A stretch of DNA of 49,213 bases from Candidatus Woesearchaeota archaeon (lineage in GTDB: Archaea > Nanobdellota > Nanobdellia > SCGC-AAA011-G17 > GW2011-AR20): the NCBI GenBank assembly GCA_964359725.1, contig CAYHTT010000002.1:1-49213 (forward strand), given 5' to 3'. The position numbers were made by a program, and so were the translations under genes. The notes beneath the pieces were generated by a model, which had not been told where the DNA came from, did no database searches, and saw only the letters and a list, made by a program, of their open reading frames with translations. This document shows, piece by piece, positions 1 to 10,234 of this stretch; position 1 is the first letter of the stretch; the number at the start of each line of letters is the position of its first letter.

Positions 1-1
1 A

Positions 2-562
2 GGTATTGTTTGGGATATTACAGCAATACATACAGCTTATCCTGATTTCTTTAATTCAAATATAAAGAAATTAATTTTCCATAAAGACCAAAATCCTTTT
101 TTAAATGAGATTTTTAAAAGAATTGGTTCAAGAAAAGAAATGATGCAAGTTGTTGAAGGTGGTCCTTGTGTTATTTTAGCAACTTCAGGAATGATGGTTG
201 GGGGAGCATCTGTAGAATACTTTAAATTATTAGCGGATAATCCAAAAAATAGTATTGTATTCAGCTCTTATTTAGGTAAAGGTACATTAGGAAGAAAAAT
301 AAGTGAGGGTGAAAAAGAAATTAGTTTAGATGGTGAAACTATTAAAGTTAATATGGAAGTTGCTGGAATTAGAGGTTTTACAGGACATTCAACAAGAGAA
401 AGATTAATTAGTTTTGTTAAACATCTTGATCCAAGACCTAAAAAAATTATTTTAGTTCATGGTGATAATAGTAATTGTTTAGATATTGCTAGTACATTAC
501 ATAAAATATTTAGGATAGAAACTAATGCTCCAAAAAATTTAGAAAGTATTAGAATAAAATAA
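2..562 (+). CDS. beta-CASP / metallo-beta-lactamase-fold ribonuclease (archaeal CPSF-like), C-terminal part; 5' end outside window
   Basis: The frame is open from base 2 (GIVWDITAIHTAYPDFF...) into the listed 140..562 ORF. The C-terminal GFTGHSTRERLISFVKHLDPRPKKIILVHGD resembles the conserved His/Asp end of beta-CASP RNases. Confidence 0.6.
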   Translation, partial: GIVWDITAIHTAYPDFFNSNIKKLIFHKDQNPFLNEIFKRIGSRKEMMQVVEGGPCVILATSGMMVGGASVEYFKLLADNPKNSIVFSSYLGKGTLGRKISEGEKEISLDGETIKVNMEVAGIRGFTGHSTRERLISFVKHLDPRPKKIILVHGDNSNCLDIASTLHKIFRIETNAPKNLESIRIK

Positions 563-1355
563 ACTTAATTATTAAATAAGCAATTAAACAACCTAAACTA
601 AGAACTGGCATTGCTGGATAAAACTTTCCTTTTTTTCCAATAAAAAATAATACTACTAAGGATAATGTTATTATTAATGAAGTTATTATGGCTGCTAATA
701 TATTAAATTCTTTTAAAATAACTCCTGCAAAGAATAATGTAAATCCAATATCTCCCCCGCCTAAAATAGCAGCAGTATATTTTTTCTCACCTTTTGCTTT
801 ATATGGCACATGTAATCCTGTAAATAATTTTGCTTTAGTTTGAAATTTTGCTAATTTAATCATATGTTTAGATTTAAAAACAGCATAAGCATCATATGCC
901 GATATTAGTAATAAAAAAATTCCAATTGAAAATAAATTAAATAAAGGAACAAAAATAGCTGCTAATCCTCCGTAAATAAACATCTCTATAACATTGTTAA
1001 TTATAATATTAATTCTAAATAATTTCGCTAATGCTAGTAAAATAGCCAAAATCAAAGCATAAAATTGATTAAAGAATGTTGAAAATGAAACAGCTAATGT
1101 AAATGCTATACTAATAAAAAACCATAATTTCCATAATAATAAAGCTCTAAATCTAATTAATATTAAAGCTAATATTGTTGCAAATAAAATTGTTATAAAT
1201 ATTGGAATAAAAGATGTTCTTTCCTCTAGCTCAGGGCGTTGTATATTATATGGTAGATCCTTAACTAAATAATTATTTATAATTACTAAACCAACTAAAT
1301 GAGCTGCAAGAAACATTAAAGCTATTAAAATTATTATATTAAGTTTGTGTTTCAT
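549..1355 (-). CDS. presenilin / signal-peptide-peptidase-like intramembrane aspartyl protease (A22 family)
   Basis: Polytopic membrane protein with the family motifs in the expected order: YD (ISAYDAYAV), GxGD (ILGGGDIGF) and a PAL-like PAM (FYPAMPV). Confidence 0.65.
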   Translation of the reverse strand: MKHKLNIIILIALMFLAAHLVGLVIINNYLVKDLPYNIQRPELEERTSFIPIFITILFATILALILIRFRALLLWKLWFFISIAFTLAVSFSTFFNQFYALILAILLALAKLFRINIIINNVIEMFIYGGLAAIFVPLFNLFSIGIFLLLISAYDAYAVFKSKHMIKLAKFQTKAKLFTGLHVPYKAKGEKKYTAAILGGGDIGFTLFFAGVILKEFNILAAIITSLIITLSLVVLFFIGKKGKFYPAMPVLSLGCLIAYLIIKFILF

Positions 1356-1451
1356 AAATTTGAGTTATTTACCTATTTAAATTAATTTCTACTTTGAAGT
1401 AATTTAAGGTAATAGATAAATTTAAAAATAACTTTTAATTTATTTAAAGTA

Positions 1452-2393
1452 ATGGCTCAGCCTTTTATACAGTTTGAAAATATATCAAAAAGTTTTGGAA
1501 AAAAAGTGGTGCTTAATGATGTTAATCTAAGCATACCTTATAAAGAAATTTATGGTATAATTGGTAAATCTGGTTCTGGAAAAACAACTTTACTTAGCAT
1601 TTTAATTGGATTTATTAGAGCAGATAAAGGCAAGGTTTATTATCAAAGTCAAGATACTAATAAAGAGATTAGTTTGGTTAAACAACAATTTGGGTTTGCT
1701 GCACAACAAGCTTCTTTCTATACAAGGTTAACTGTACGTGAGAATTTAGAATATTTTGGCAGATTATATGGATTAAAAGAATCTGAGTTACGCGAGAAAA
1801 TTCCTAATTTACTTAAGTTAGTTAATTTGCAAGATGCTGAGGATTTGCAAGGTTGGAAATTAAGTGCGGGAATGCAAAAAAGACTTGACATAGCTTGTGC
1901 TATTATTCATGATCCTAAAGTTCTAATCCTTGATGAGCCAACTCAAGATCTAGATCCTGTATTAAGAAAAGATATTCTTGATTTAGTAAAAAAAATTAAC
2001 AAAGATAAAGAAGTTACTGTTGTTGTTACATCTCATTTATTGGATGAAGTTGAATACATTTGCACAATGGTTGCTATTCTTGACAGTACTAAAATAATTA
2101 CTTCTGGAACATTAAATAATTTAAAAGATCGCTATAGTAAATATGTTGAAGTTATACTTGACATTGAAACAAAAAATTACGAAAAAATTATCAAACAATT
2201 AAAAGGAAAGCAAGATATCAAGAAAATTGTAGTTAGAAATGATAAACTTTACTTATATACAACTAATGGTGAAAATCTAATTAAAGACATGTTGGCTTTT
2301 GCAAGAGAAAGAAAATTAAAAATTAATAATATTAGCTTGAACAGGCCAAGTTTAGAAGAAATATTTGAGTCATTAACAAAGAAAAATGATTAA
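1452..2393 (+). CDS. ABC transporter ATP-binding protein
   Basis: Walker A GKSGSGKTT, ABC signature LSAGMQKRL, Walker B VLILDEPT, H-loop TSH. Confidence 0.9.
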   Translation: MAQPFIQFENISKSFGKKVVLNDVNLSIPYKEIYGIIGKSGSGKTTLLSILIGFIRADKGKVYYQSQDTNKEISLVKQQFGFAAQQASFYTRLTVRENLEYFGRLYGLKESELREKIPNLLKLVNLQDAEDLQGWKLSAGMQKRLDIACAIIHDPKVLILDEPTQDLDPVLRKDILDLVKKINKDKEVTVVVTSHLLDEVEYICTMVAILDSTKIITSGTLNNLKDRYSKYVEVILDIETKNYEKIIKQLKGKQDIKKIVVRNDKLYLYTTNGENLIKDMLAFARERKLKINNISLNRPSLEEIFESLTKKND

Positions 2394-3927
2394 ATTATTT
2401 GAGATAATAAAAAAGAATTTTCGTTTATTAATTAGAAGCAAGACTTCTGCATTAATTGTATTAGTTGGTCCTTTGGTATTAATGTTATTAATTGGGTTTG
2501 CTTTTAATACTAGTTCGATATTTGATATTAAAATTGGTACTTACTCATCTAGTTATAGTGAACTTAGTAATTCAATTAATGATAAATTAACAGATGAACA
2601 ATTTCGAGTACTTAAACTTGATAGTGAGGAAAGATGTATAGATGCTATTAAAACTGGAGAAGTTCATGTATGTACTATTTATCCAGCAGATTTAAACTTA
2701 CAAACTTCAGATAAAATTATTTTCTATGTTGATCAGACAAGATTGAATTTTGTTTATATCATCCTAGATAGAATCTCAAGCAAAATTGCTACTAAGTCAA
2801 CTGAATTAAGTACTGCTTTAACTAATCGCTTGCTAACAAGTTTAAATAATGCTAATACAAAATTAAGTGAAAAAGGTGGTATAGTTGTAGAATTAACTAC
2901 TAATTTAAAAGATGCTAAAGAACTTACAACTGATATTAAAGATCAATTTCTTAGCGTAGAATTAAATGTTTCTAAATCAAACTTTACTGAATTAAAAAAT
3001 GAGATAGATGATATAAAACAAAAGGAAAATTTAAGTGCAAGTTTATTCCGTGATTTAGATGATTTAGTTGAGGATGTAGAAGATAATTATGATAATTTAG
3101 TTTTGCAATTAGAAAGTGTTGCTTCAATACGTAATTCAGCAGAAACTGGTTTAGGTGCATTAGAAAATAAATTAGCTGGGAATATTCAAGATTCAGTAGA
3201 ACTTAAAAATACTATTGATGAGATTAATCAAGATATTAACTCAATTGAGATAAAAGATGTAGCTAGAATTGTTAGCCCAATATCAACAGAGATTAAACCA
3301 ATTGTTGCAGAGTCTACAAATTTAAGCTACACATTCCCTACTTTAGTTATCTTGGTAGTATTATTTGCTGGTGTACTTATAGGAGCAACAACAATTCAAG
3401 AAGAAAAATCCTCTAAAGCATATTTCCGTAACTTTATTACACCAACGCATGATATATTATTTATACTTGGCAATTATCTGAGTAATTTAATTATTATAGT
3501 AATTCAATTATTAATTATATTTGCTGTAATGCTTTATATAACAAAAACAAGTGTAGTTGAGTTAACCTTGCTTAATATATTTGTATTATTGGCAATTGTA
3601 GCTAGTGTTTTTATCTTACTTGGAATGTTAATTGGTTATTTATTTAGGAGCAATGAAACTAGTAATATTGCAGCTATTTCTGTATCTGCCTTATTACTTT
3701 TCTTTTCAAATACAATATTACCATTAGAAACTTTACCAACTGCTATTAGAGGTATAGTAAGTTTTAATCCTTTCATAATAGGAGAAGCATCCTTAAAGAA
3801 AGTATTATTATTCAATGAAAGTTTAACTAGCATATTACCAAGCATTTATACTTTAATAGGATATATTGCTTTATTAGTTGTTCTTGTTTACATAACTAGA
3901 GAATTAACTAAAAGATGGTTTAGTTAG
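2386..3927 (+). CDS. ABC-2 type permease with a large coiled-coil extracytoplasmic loop (YhgE/Pip-like architecture)
   Basis: Overlaps the ATPase gene by 8 nt (ATGATTAA). It has an N-terminal TM, a ~270-aa hydrophilic coiled-coil segment, then ~5 C-terminal TMs. Confidence 0.7.
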   Translation: MIKLFEIIKKNFRLLIRSKTSALIVLVGPLVLMLLIGFAFNTSSIFDIKIGTYSSSYSELSNSINDKLTDEQFRVLKLDSEERCIDAIKTGEVHVCTIYPADLNLQTSDKIIFYVDQTRLNFVYIILDRISSKIATKSTELSTALTNRLLTSLNNANTKLSEKGGIVVELTTNLKDAKELTTDIKDQFLSVELNVSKSNFTELKNEIDDIKQKENLSASLFRDLDDLVEDVEDNYDNLVLQLESVASIRNSAETGLGALENKLAGNIQDSVELKNTIDEINQDINSIEIKDVARIVSPISTEIKPIVAESTNLSYTFPTLVILVVLFAGVLIGATTIQEEKSSKAYFRNFITPTHDILFILGNYLSNLIIIVIQLLIIFAVMLYITKTSVVELTLLNIFVLLAIVASVFILLGMLIGYLFRSNETSNIAAISVSALLLFFSNTILPLETLPTAIRGIVSFNPFIIGEASLKKVLLFNESLTSILPSIYTLIGYIALLVVLVYITRELTKRWFS

Positions 3928-3967
3928 TTTTAAATATTAAATAAATTTCTTTTAATAAGGTGATAAT

Positions 3968-5065
3968 TTGGAAAGAATTGATCCTTGGGGTAGTATTGAT
4001 ATAAAGGATTATGGTAAATTAAGCAAGGAATTTGGTATTAAACCTTTTAAAGAAATTCTTTTTAGAATAAAAAAACCAAGTTTGTATATGCGCAGGAATA
4101 TTATTTATGGCCACAAAGATTTTTGGATAATATTAGATGCTATAAATAAAAAACAAAAGTTTGCAATGCTTACTGGTTTAATGCCTTCTGGAAAATTTCA
4201 TCTTGGTCATAAAGTTATAGCTGATCAAATTATTTATTATCAAAGATTAGGGGCACAATGTTATATTACAGTTGCTGATATTGAATCTTATTTAACAAGG
4301 AATATTCCATTAGATCAAGCTTACAAATTAGCAATTAATGAATATTTACTTAATTATATTGCTCTTGGCTTAAAACCAAAAAATGTTCATTTCTATTTTC
4401 AAAGTAATGGTAGCAAAGAGTATATGAATTTAAGCAAATATGTTAGTAAGAAAATAAATTTTAATGAAGTTAAAGCAATTTATGGTGACATAAGTCCTGG
4501 TAAATTAATTTCGGCTTTAACGCAAGTTGCAGATATACTTTATCCACAATTAAAAGAAAATAAAGGACCTAAACCAGTTATAGTTCCAGTTGGTTTTGAT
4601 CAATTGCCACATATTAATTTCACTCGTGATATAGCTTTAAGAATGAAAAAAGAATATAATTTTATTTTACCAAGTGCAACTTTCAATAAGTTTATGCCTA
4701 GTTTACAAGGTACTATAAAAATGTCAACATCTGCGCCAGAGTCTTACATAGCGTTAACAGATGATGAAAAAACTGTTAGAAATAAAATAATAAAGTATGC
4801 TTTTTCTGGGGGCAGAGCTACTATTAAAGAGCATCGTGAAAAAGGTGGTAATCCTGATATTGATGTTAGTTATCAATATTTAACTTTTTTAGAGGAAAGT
4901 GATGCAAAATTAAAAAAGATTTATTATGATTATAAAGATGGTAAATTATTGACAAGTGAGTTAAAAGAAATCTTAATTAATAAGTTAAATTCTTTCTTAA
5001 AAAAACACCAACAAAATAGGGAAAAGGCAAAAAAAGTATTGCATAAATATATTTTAAAAGATTAA
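3968..5065 (+). CDS. trpS: tryptophanyl-tRNA synthetase (archaeal/eukaryotic type)
   Basis: HIGH-type motif PSGKFHLGH, KMSKS-type KMSTS, N-terminal DPWGS...DYGKL and C-terminal GKLLTSELKEILINKL pattern typical of TrpRS. TTG start preceded by the SD-like AAGGTGA. Confidence 0.8.
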   Translation: MERIDPWGSIDIKDYGKLSKEFGIKPFKEILFRIKKPSLYMRRNIIYGHKDFWIILDAINKKQKFAMLTGLMPSGKFHLGHKVIADQIIYYQRLGAQCYITVADIESYLTRNIPLDQAYKLAINEYLLNYIALGLKPKNVHFYFQSNGSKEYMNLSKYVSKKINFNEVKAIYGDISPGKLISALTQVADILYPQLKENKGPKPVIVPVGFDQLPHINFTRDIALRMKKEYNFILPSATFNKFMPSLQGTIKMSTSAPESYIALTDDEKTVRNKIIKYAFSGGRATIKEHREKGGNPDIDVSYQYLTFLEESDAKLKKIYYDYKDGKLLTSELKEILINKLNSFLKKHQQNREKAKKVLHKYILKD

Positions 5066-5098
5066 TGTAACTACTAAAAAGTGCGTAAAAACGAAAGC

Positions 5099-5108
5099 TT
5101 TATAAATA
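5099..5108 (+). promoter_or_regulatory. TATA box (TTTATAAATA) upstream of the TrmB-family gene
   Basis: Matches the TTTATAAAT consensus that recurs upstream of genes in this window. AGGAG at 5181-5185 sits 8 nt before the ATG at 5194. Confidence 0.4.
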
Positions 5109-5193
5109 CATCTTGACTTCTAGATTATGCTTTCAAGGGAATAAAAATGGAAAGAAAATATATCATGGGAATAAATGTTAAGGAGTTAAGAAA

Positions 5194-5988
5194 ATGATAG
5201 TCAAAGAAGATTTTCTCAAAAAGTTAAGAGCATCTTTTGACTTAAACGAGTATGAAGTTAAGATATGGACTTCTTTATTAAGCAGAGGAGTAGCAAGTGC
5301 AGGTGAGTTAGCTGAAATAAGTGGTGTTCCAAGATCAAGATGTTATGATGTTCTTGAAACTTTAGAAAAGAAAGGATTTATTATAATGAAATTAGGAAAG
5401 CCAATTAAATATATGGCTGTAAAACCTGAAGAGATATTAAGAAGAGTAAAAGGAAATTTACAAAAAAAAGCAGAAGAACAAGTTAAAGCTTTAGAAGAAG
5501 TTAGAGATACTGAATTATATCGCGAATTAAAATTATTACATGATCAAGGTATTAAAAAAGTTGATGCAAGTTCTTTAAGCGGGGCTATACGTGGTAGAGC
5601 TAGAATTTATGATCAACTTGAGAGTATGCTTAGAAATGCTCAAAAAAGCATAACATTAGTAACTACAGCAAAAGGTTTAGTAAGAAAATATGAAATTTTA
5701 AAACCAATATTAAAGAAAAATAAAAATATTAAAGTTAGAATTTTAACTAATATTAATAAAGATAATAAGGAAATGGTAGATGAATTAAGAAAATACGCTG
5801 AAATTAAAAACATGGATAAGGTAAATTCTAGATATTGCATTATTGATAGCAAGGAAATATTATTTATGATGCTGGATGATGAAAAAGTGCATGAAAGTTA
5901 TGATACAGCAGTATGGGTTGATACTTCTTATTTTGCAAGTGCATTAGAAAATTTATTTAATTTGCATTGGAATAATTTAAAGGAGTGA
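5194..5988 (+). CDS. TrmB-family transcriptional regulator (N-terminal wHTH plus C-terminal TrmB domain)
   Basis: YEVKIWTSLL...ELAEISGVPRSRCYDVLETLEKKGFI is the TrmB-type winged helix, and the ~260 aa length fits a full-length TrmB. Confidence 0.75.
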   Translation: MIVKEDFLKKLRASFDLNEYEVKIWTSLLSRGVASAGELAEISGVPRSRCYDVLETLEKKGFIIMKLGKPIKYMAVKPEEILRRVKGNLQKKAEEQVKALEEVRDTELYRELKLLHDQGIKKVDASSLSGAIRGRARIYDQLESMLRNAQKSITLVTTAKGLVRKYEILKPILKKNKNIKVRILTNINKDNKEMVDELRKYAEIKNMDKVNSRYCIIDSKEILFMMLDDEKVHESYDTAVWVDTSYFASALENLFNLHWNNLKE

Positions 5989-5995
5989 AAGTAAA

Positions 5996-6292
5996 ATGAG
6001 TTCTGATATAAGCAATTTTAAAAAATTAGAAGAATTATGCAAAGAATTTCTTAATGATTCAGATAAAGATTTTGGAAATGAATTTTTTAGATTAATACCT
6101 TATCAAAATATTTTTGGTTTTATAACATTTGAAGAAGATTTAATTATAGATAGTTATGAATTTAGCATAAAAGTTACAAAATTTCCTTTCTCTAATCCTA
6201 GAATTAAAGTAAAGGTATATAATGTTGAGGATAAAAAAGATTCTAAATCAAAAACTTATATAATACAAAACTTTAAAAATAATAACACTTAG
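5996..6292 (+). CDS. hypothetical protein
   Basis: 98-aa ORF lying 7 nt after the TrmB gene in the same orientation. No motif recognised. Confidence 0.45.
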   Translation: MSSDISNFKKLEELCKEFLNDSDKDFGNEFFRLIPYQNIFGFITFEEDLIIDSYEFSIKVTKFPFSNPRIKVKVYNVEDKKDSKSKTYIIQNFKNNNT

Positions 6293-6301
6293 TTAATTAA
6301 A

Positions 6302-6826
6302 ATGAGTAGAAAAGTATATAGAATTGATAATAGTACATTTAGCGGTTTAGGAGGAAGAAATAAGGGGTATGGATTTAAATTAGGCAATGGTGATGGTGAA
6401 TATAATTTAACTTCTGATGGTAAAAGAATCAAGCAAGCATTTAGGGTATATCACTTTTTAGAAAAAACAAAAGAAGGTGTAGATATTTATTATTGTTTAG
6501 ATAGACATGGAAATAAGCGTCTTTTTTGCAAATTAGTTGGAGATGATCCAACACTTTATCCTTTTTTAGGAAATACTAAATACTCCCAAAACATATTTAT
6601 TGTTGATAATAATGGTAAAAATGAGCCTAGATTTATAGAAGAAGGTAAAGAATTGAGCTTAGAAGAGATGTTAAAATCCCAATTACAAGGGCATGGTCAA
6701 AACATTTACTTGTGGGACCCCGTTTTAGAAAGAATTGGAATGGCTGATAAATCAAATCTAGATGTGTTAATAAACCTAAATGATTTATTAAGAAAGCTTT
6801 ATTCAGAAATTCAAGCTAAAAAGTAA
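6302..6826 (+). CDS. hypothetical protein
   Basis: 174-aa ORF lying 9 nt after the previous ORF. No motif recognised. Confidence 0.5.
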   Translation: MSRKVYRIDNSTFSGLGGRNKGYGFKLGNGDGEYNLTSDGKRIKQAFRVYHFLEKTKEGVDIYYCLDRHGNKRLFCKLVGDDPTLYPFLGNTKYSQNIFIVDNNGKNEPRFIEEGKELSLEEMLKSQLQGHGQNIYLWDPVLERIGMADKSNLDVLINLNDLLRKLYSEIQAKK

Positions 6827-6846
6827 TGTGGTAATTAATAGAAAGT

Positions 6847-6856
6847 TTTATAAATA
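6847..6856 (+). promoter_or_regulatory. TATA box (TTTATAAATA) for pheS; spacing implies a leaderless or near-leaderless mRNA
   Basis: The consensus TATA starts 30 nt upstream of the ATG at 6877. Confidence 0.5.
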
Positions 6857-6876
6857 AGTGGTAATTAACTTATTGA

Positions 6877-8571
6877 ATGGCTTATATAAGAAAGGTTAAA
6901 ATTAAAGGCCAAGAATATTGGTATTTATTTCATACAATAAGACAAGATAATAAATTTCTTAAAAAAAGCAAATATCTTGGTAAAGAACTTCCTAAAAATC
7001 TAGAACAAATTAAAAAAGAATTCTTACAAGAAATTATTAAATCAAAAGAAACTAGAGAAACAAGAGAAAAAACTCAAACTGAGAAATTAATAGAAAGTTT
7101 AACACCAGTTGAAAGAAAAGTCTTGCCAATATTAAAAGAATATAATGAATTAAGTAAAGTAGCTAGTAAATTAAAACTTGAGGAGATTGAAGTTTTGCGT
7201 GCATTTTCATGGCTACAAGATAAAAATTTATTAAAAATTAATCAAGAAGAAAAAGAAATAATTAGCTTAGATAAAAATGGTTTAATTTATTTAAAAAAGG
7301 GCTTGCCAGAAAAACAATTTCTTAAATTATTGTCCAGTACATTAGAGAGTTTAAGTAAACATTTAAATCAAAATGAAATTAATGTATCTATTGGAATATT
7401 AAAAAGAAAAAATGCTATTTCATTCGGTAAGCAAATTAATATTACAAAAGAAGGTAAAAAATTATTACAGCAAGAAAGTAAAGAGGAATTATTTTTAAAA
7501 AAATTACCAATAGAAATTTCAAAATTAAATGATGAAGATAAATCAATTTATAATGAACTTAAAACAAGAAAAGAAATAATTAAAACAGAAACTAAAAAAA
7601 TAATTACAATAGAATTAACTGATTTCAGTAAAGAATTACTTAAACATAAATTAAAAGCAAATTTAATCGAATCATTAACATCTGAAATTATGGTAAAAGG
7701 TAGTTGGAAAGGTAAAACATTTAGAAGATTTAACATTCAAAGCGAGATACCAAAATTATATCCTGGAAGAAGGCATTTCGTAAATGAAGCTATTAATTAT
7801 ATTAGGAAAATTTGGTTAGAACTTGGATTTAAAGAAATGACTGGTAATATTGTGCAAACTAGTTTCTGGAATTTTGATGCTTTATTTACTGCACAAGATC
7901 ATCCTGTTCGCGAGTTACAAGATACATTTTTCTTAGCAGATCCAAAATATGGTAATTTATCAAAAGAATTATTAGAAAAAATTAAACAAGTTCATGAAAA
8001 TGGTGGTAATACAGGAAGTAAAGGTTGGCAATATAAATTCGATATTGAAGAAGCAAGAAAAAATGTTTTAAGAACTCATACTACTGTTTTAAGTGCAAAA
8101 ACTATTGCAACTTTAAAAAAATCTGAATTGCCTGCCAAATTCTTTACTGTAGGAAGAAATTATAGAAATGAAACTGTTGATTGGAGTCATTTATTTGAAC
8201 TTACACAAGTAGAAGGTATTGTTGTAGATGAAAATGTAAATTTCAGGCATTTATTAGGTTATTTAAAAGAATTCTTTAAGAAGATGGGTTATGATAAAAT
8301 AAGGATCAGACCCGCGTATTTTCCATATACATCAAATTCGTCTGAAATAGAAGTATTTCATCCAATAAAAAAACAATGGATCGAACTCGGTGGGGCGGGT
8401 ATACTTAGACCTGAAGTTACCATCCCATTAATAGATAAAGAAATTCCTGTGTTAGCGTGGGGTTTAGGTTTAGAAAGGACTATTATTGAATATTATAATA
8501 TTAATGATTTAAGATTGCTTTATAAAAATGATCTTAAGCAATTACGCGAAATTAAATTATGGTTGAAATAA
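6877..8571 (+). CDS. pheS: phenylalanyl-tRNA synthetase alpha subunit (archaeal type) with extra N-terminal segment
   Basis: Class II core: YPGRRHFVNEAINYIRKIWLELGFKEM, FDALFTAQDHPVRELQDTFFL, RTHTT, GRNYRNE, AWGLGLERT. Confidence 0.9.
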   Translation: MAYIRKVKIKGQEYWYLFHTIRQDNKFLKKSKYLGKELPKNLEQIKKEFLQEIIKSKETRETREKTQTEKLIESLTPVERKVLPILKEYNELSKVASKLKLEEIEVLRAFSWLQDKNLLKINQEEKEIISLDKNGLIYLKKGLPEKQFLKLLSSTLESLSKHLNQNEINVSIGILKRKNAISFGKQINITKEGKKLLQQESKEELFLKKLPIEISKLNDEDKSIYNELKTRKEIIKTETKKIITIELTDFSKELLKHKLKANLIESLTSEIMVKGSWKGKTFRRFNIQSEIPKLYPGRRHFVNEAINYIRKIWLELGFKEMTGNIVQTSFWNFDALFTAQDHPVRELQDTFFLADPKYGNLSKELLEKIKQVHENGGNTGSKGWQYKFDIEEARKNVLRTHTTVLSAKTIATLKKSELPAKFFTVGRNYRNETVDWSHLFELTQVEGIVVDENVNFRHLLGYLKEFFKKMGYDKIRIRPAYFPYTSNSSEIEVFHPIKKQWIELGGAGILRPEVTIPLIDKEIPVLAWGLGLERTIIEYYNINDLRLLYKNDLKQLREIKLWLK

Positions 8572-8572
8572 A

Positions 8573-10234
8573 ATGCCAAAAGTCATATTAGACAGAAAAG
8601 AAGTTGAGAAATTAATAGAAAAAAAACTAACAACAGAAGAATTAAAAGACAGCTTAACTTTTCTCGGGACTGATTTAGATAAAATTGACGATAGAGAGAT
8701 TATAGTTGAAATATTTCCAGATAGACCAGATTTACTTAGCGAAGCAGGTTTAGCAAGAGCTTTAGCATCTTTTATCGGATATAAAACTGGTTTAAGAAAA
8801 TATAAAGTATTAAAATCGGATTATAAAGTTATTATTCATGATTCAGTAAAAGATGTACGTCCATATACTGCTTGTGCTGTTGTCAAAAATTTAAAATTAA
8901 ATGATGCAAGAATTAAACAAATAATTCAATTACAAGAAAAATTACATATTACTTATGGAAGAAATCGCAAAAAGGTTGCTATTGGTATTTACCCTTTTGA
9001 AAAAATTAAGTTTCCAATTAGATTTTTAGCCAAACAAAATAATGAGATAAAATTCCAACCTTTAGATTTTGATAAAGAACTAACAGCTAATGAAATTCTT
9101 GAAAGACATCCAGCTGGAAAAGAATATGGACATTTGTTAAAAGATTTTAAAAAATATCCATTATTTATTGATGCGAATAATAATATTTTAAGTATGCCCC
9201 CAATAATTAATTCTGAATTAACCGGCAAAGTAACAGAAAAAACAAAAGATATTTTTATTGAATGTAGTGGATTTGATTTTAGAATTTTGAAAAAATGTCT
9301 AAATATAATAGTTTGTGCATTAGCTGATTTAAATGGAGTAATTTATGAAAATGAATTAATTTATGATAATAAAAAAGAAATTACTCCTAATTTAATACCA
9401 GAGGAAATGAAATTAGATATTAATTATGCAAATAAAATTCTTGGTTTAAATTTAAATGAAAATGATGTTAAAAAATTATTGGAAAGAATGGGTTATAATT
9501 ACGAGAATAAAACGGTTTTAATCCCTGCTTATAGAGCAGATATTTTACATGAGATTGATTTAGTTGAAGATATTGGTATAGCATATGGTTTTAATAATTT
9601 TAAAGAACAAATTCCAAATATTGCTACAATTGGTGAAGAAAATAATTTTTATTTATTTAAAGAAAAAATTGCTAATTTACTTACAGGATATAATTTAATC
9701 GAGGTAAGAAATTATAATTTAACAAATAAAAATAATTTATTTAATAAAATGAATTATAATGGAGAAGCAATTTTATTAGCTAATTCAATAAGTCAAGGTT
9801 ATGATACTTTGAGAACATGGATTATTCCTAGCTTAATTGAAACTTTAGCAAAAAATAAACATAATGAATATCCACAAAATATATTTGAAATTGGCACAAT
9901 ATTCAAAAAAGGTGATACTGAAACTGGAATAATAGAAAATGAAAGATTAGCAATAGCATTATGCCATAGCAAAGCTAATTTTACAGAAATAAAACAAATT
10001 CTTGATTCACTATTACTTACATTAGGATTAAAATATGAGATAAAAGAAATTGAACATAGCAGCTTTATTCCTGGGAGAGTTGGTAGGGTTAGTGTAAATA
10101 ATAAGAATATTGCTTATATTGGTGAAATTCATCCTAAAGTTTTAGAGAATTGGAGTTTAGAAATACCTGTTGCAACGTTAGAATTAAATTTAACTGAGCT
10201 ATACAATTTAATAAAATTAACCCAAATAATTTAA
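8573..10234 (+). CDS. pheT: phenylalanyl-tRNA synthetase beta subunit (archaeal type)
   Basis: Starts 1 nt after pheS. The N-terminus EIFPDRPDLLSEAGLARAL and the B3_4/B5-like regions are typical of archaeal PheT. Confidence 0.9.
   Translation: MPKVILDRKEVEKLIEKKLTTEELKDSLTFLGTDLDKIDDREIIVEIFPDRPDLLSEAGLARALASFIGYKTGLRKYKVLKSDYKVIIHDSVKDVRPYTACAVVKNLKLNDARIKQIIQLQEKLHITYGRNRKKVAIGIYPFEKIKFPIRFLAKQNNEIKFQPLDFDKELTANEILERHPAGKEYGHLLKDFKKYPLFIDANNNILSMPPIINSELTGKVTEKTKDIFIECSGFDFRILKKCLNIIVCALADLNGVIYENELIYDNKKEITPNLIPEEMKLDINYANKILGLNLNENDVKKLLERMGYNYENKTVLIPAYRADILHEIDLVEDIGIAYGFNNFKEQIPNIATIGEENNFYLFKEKIANLLTGYNLIEVRNYNLTNKNNLFNKMNYNGEAILLANSISQGYDTLRTWIIPSLIETLAKNKHNEYPQNIFEIGTIFKKGDTETGIIENERLAIALCHSKANFTEIKQILDSLLLTLGLKYEIKEIEHSSFIPGRVGRVSVNNKNIAYIGEIHPKVLENWSLEIPVATLELNLTELYNLIKLTQII

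Noticed and set aside
5147-5197. 16-codon uORF (MERKYIMGINVKELRK*) whose stop overlaps the TrmB ATG (ATGA)
   Set aside because: It may be a leader peptide. However, it is very short in AT-rich sequence, and the AGGAG before the TrmB ATG already explains initiation, so there is not enough support to call it.
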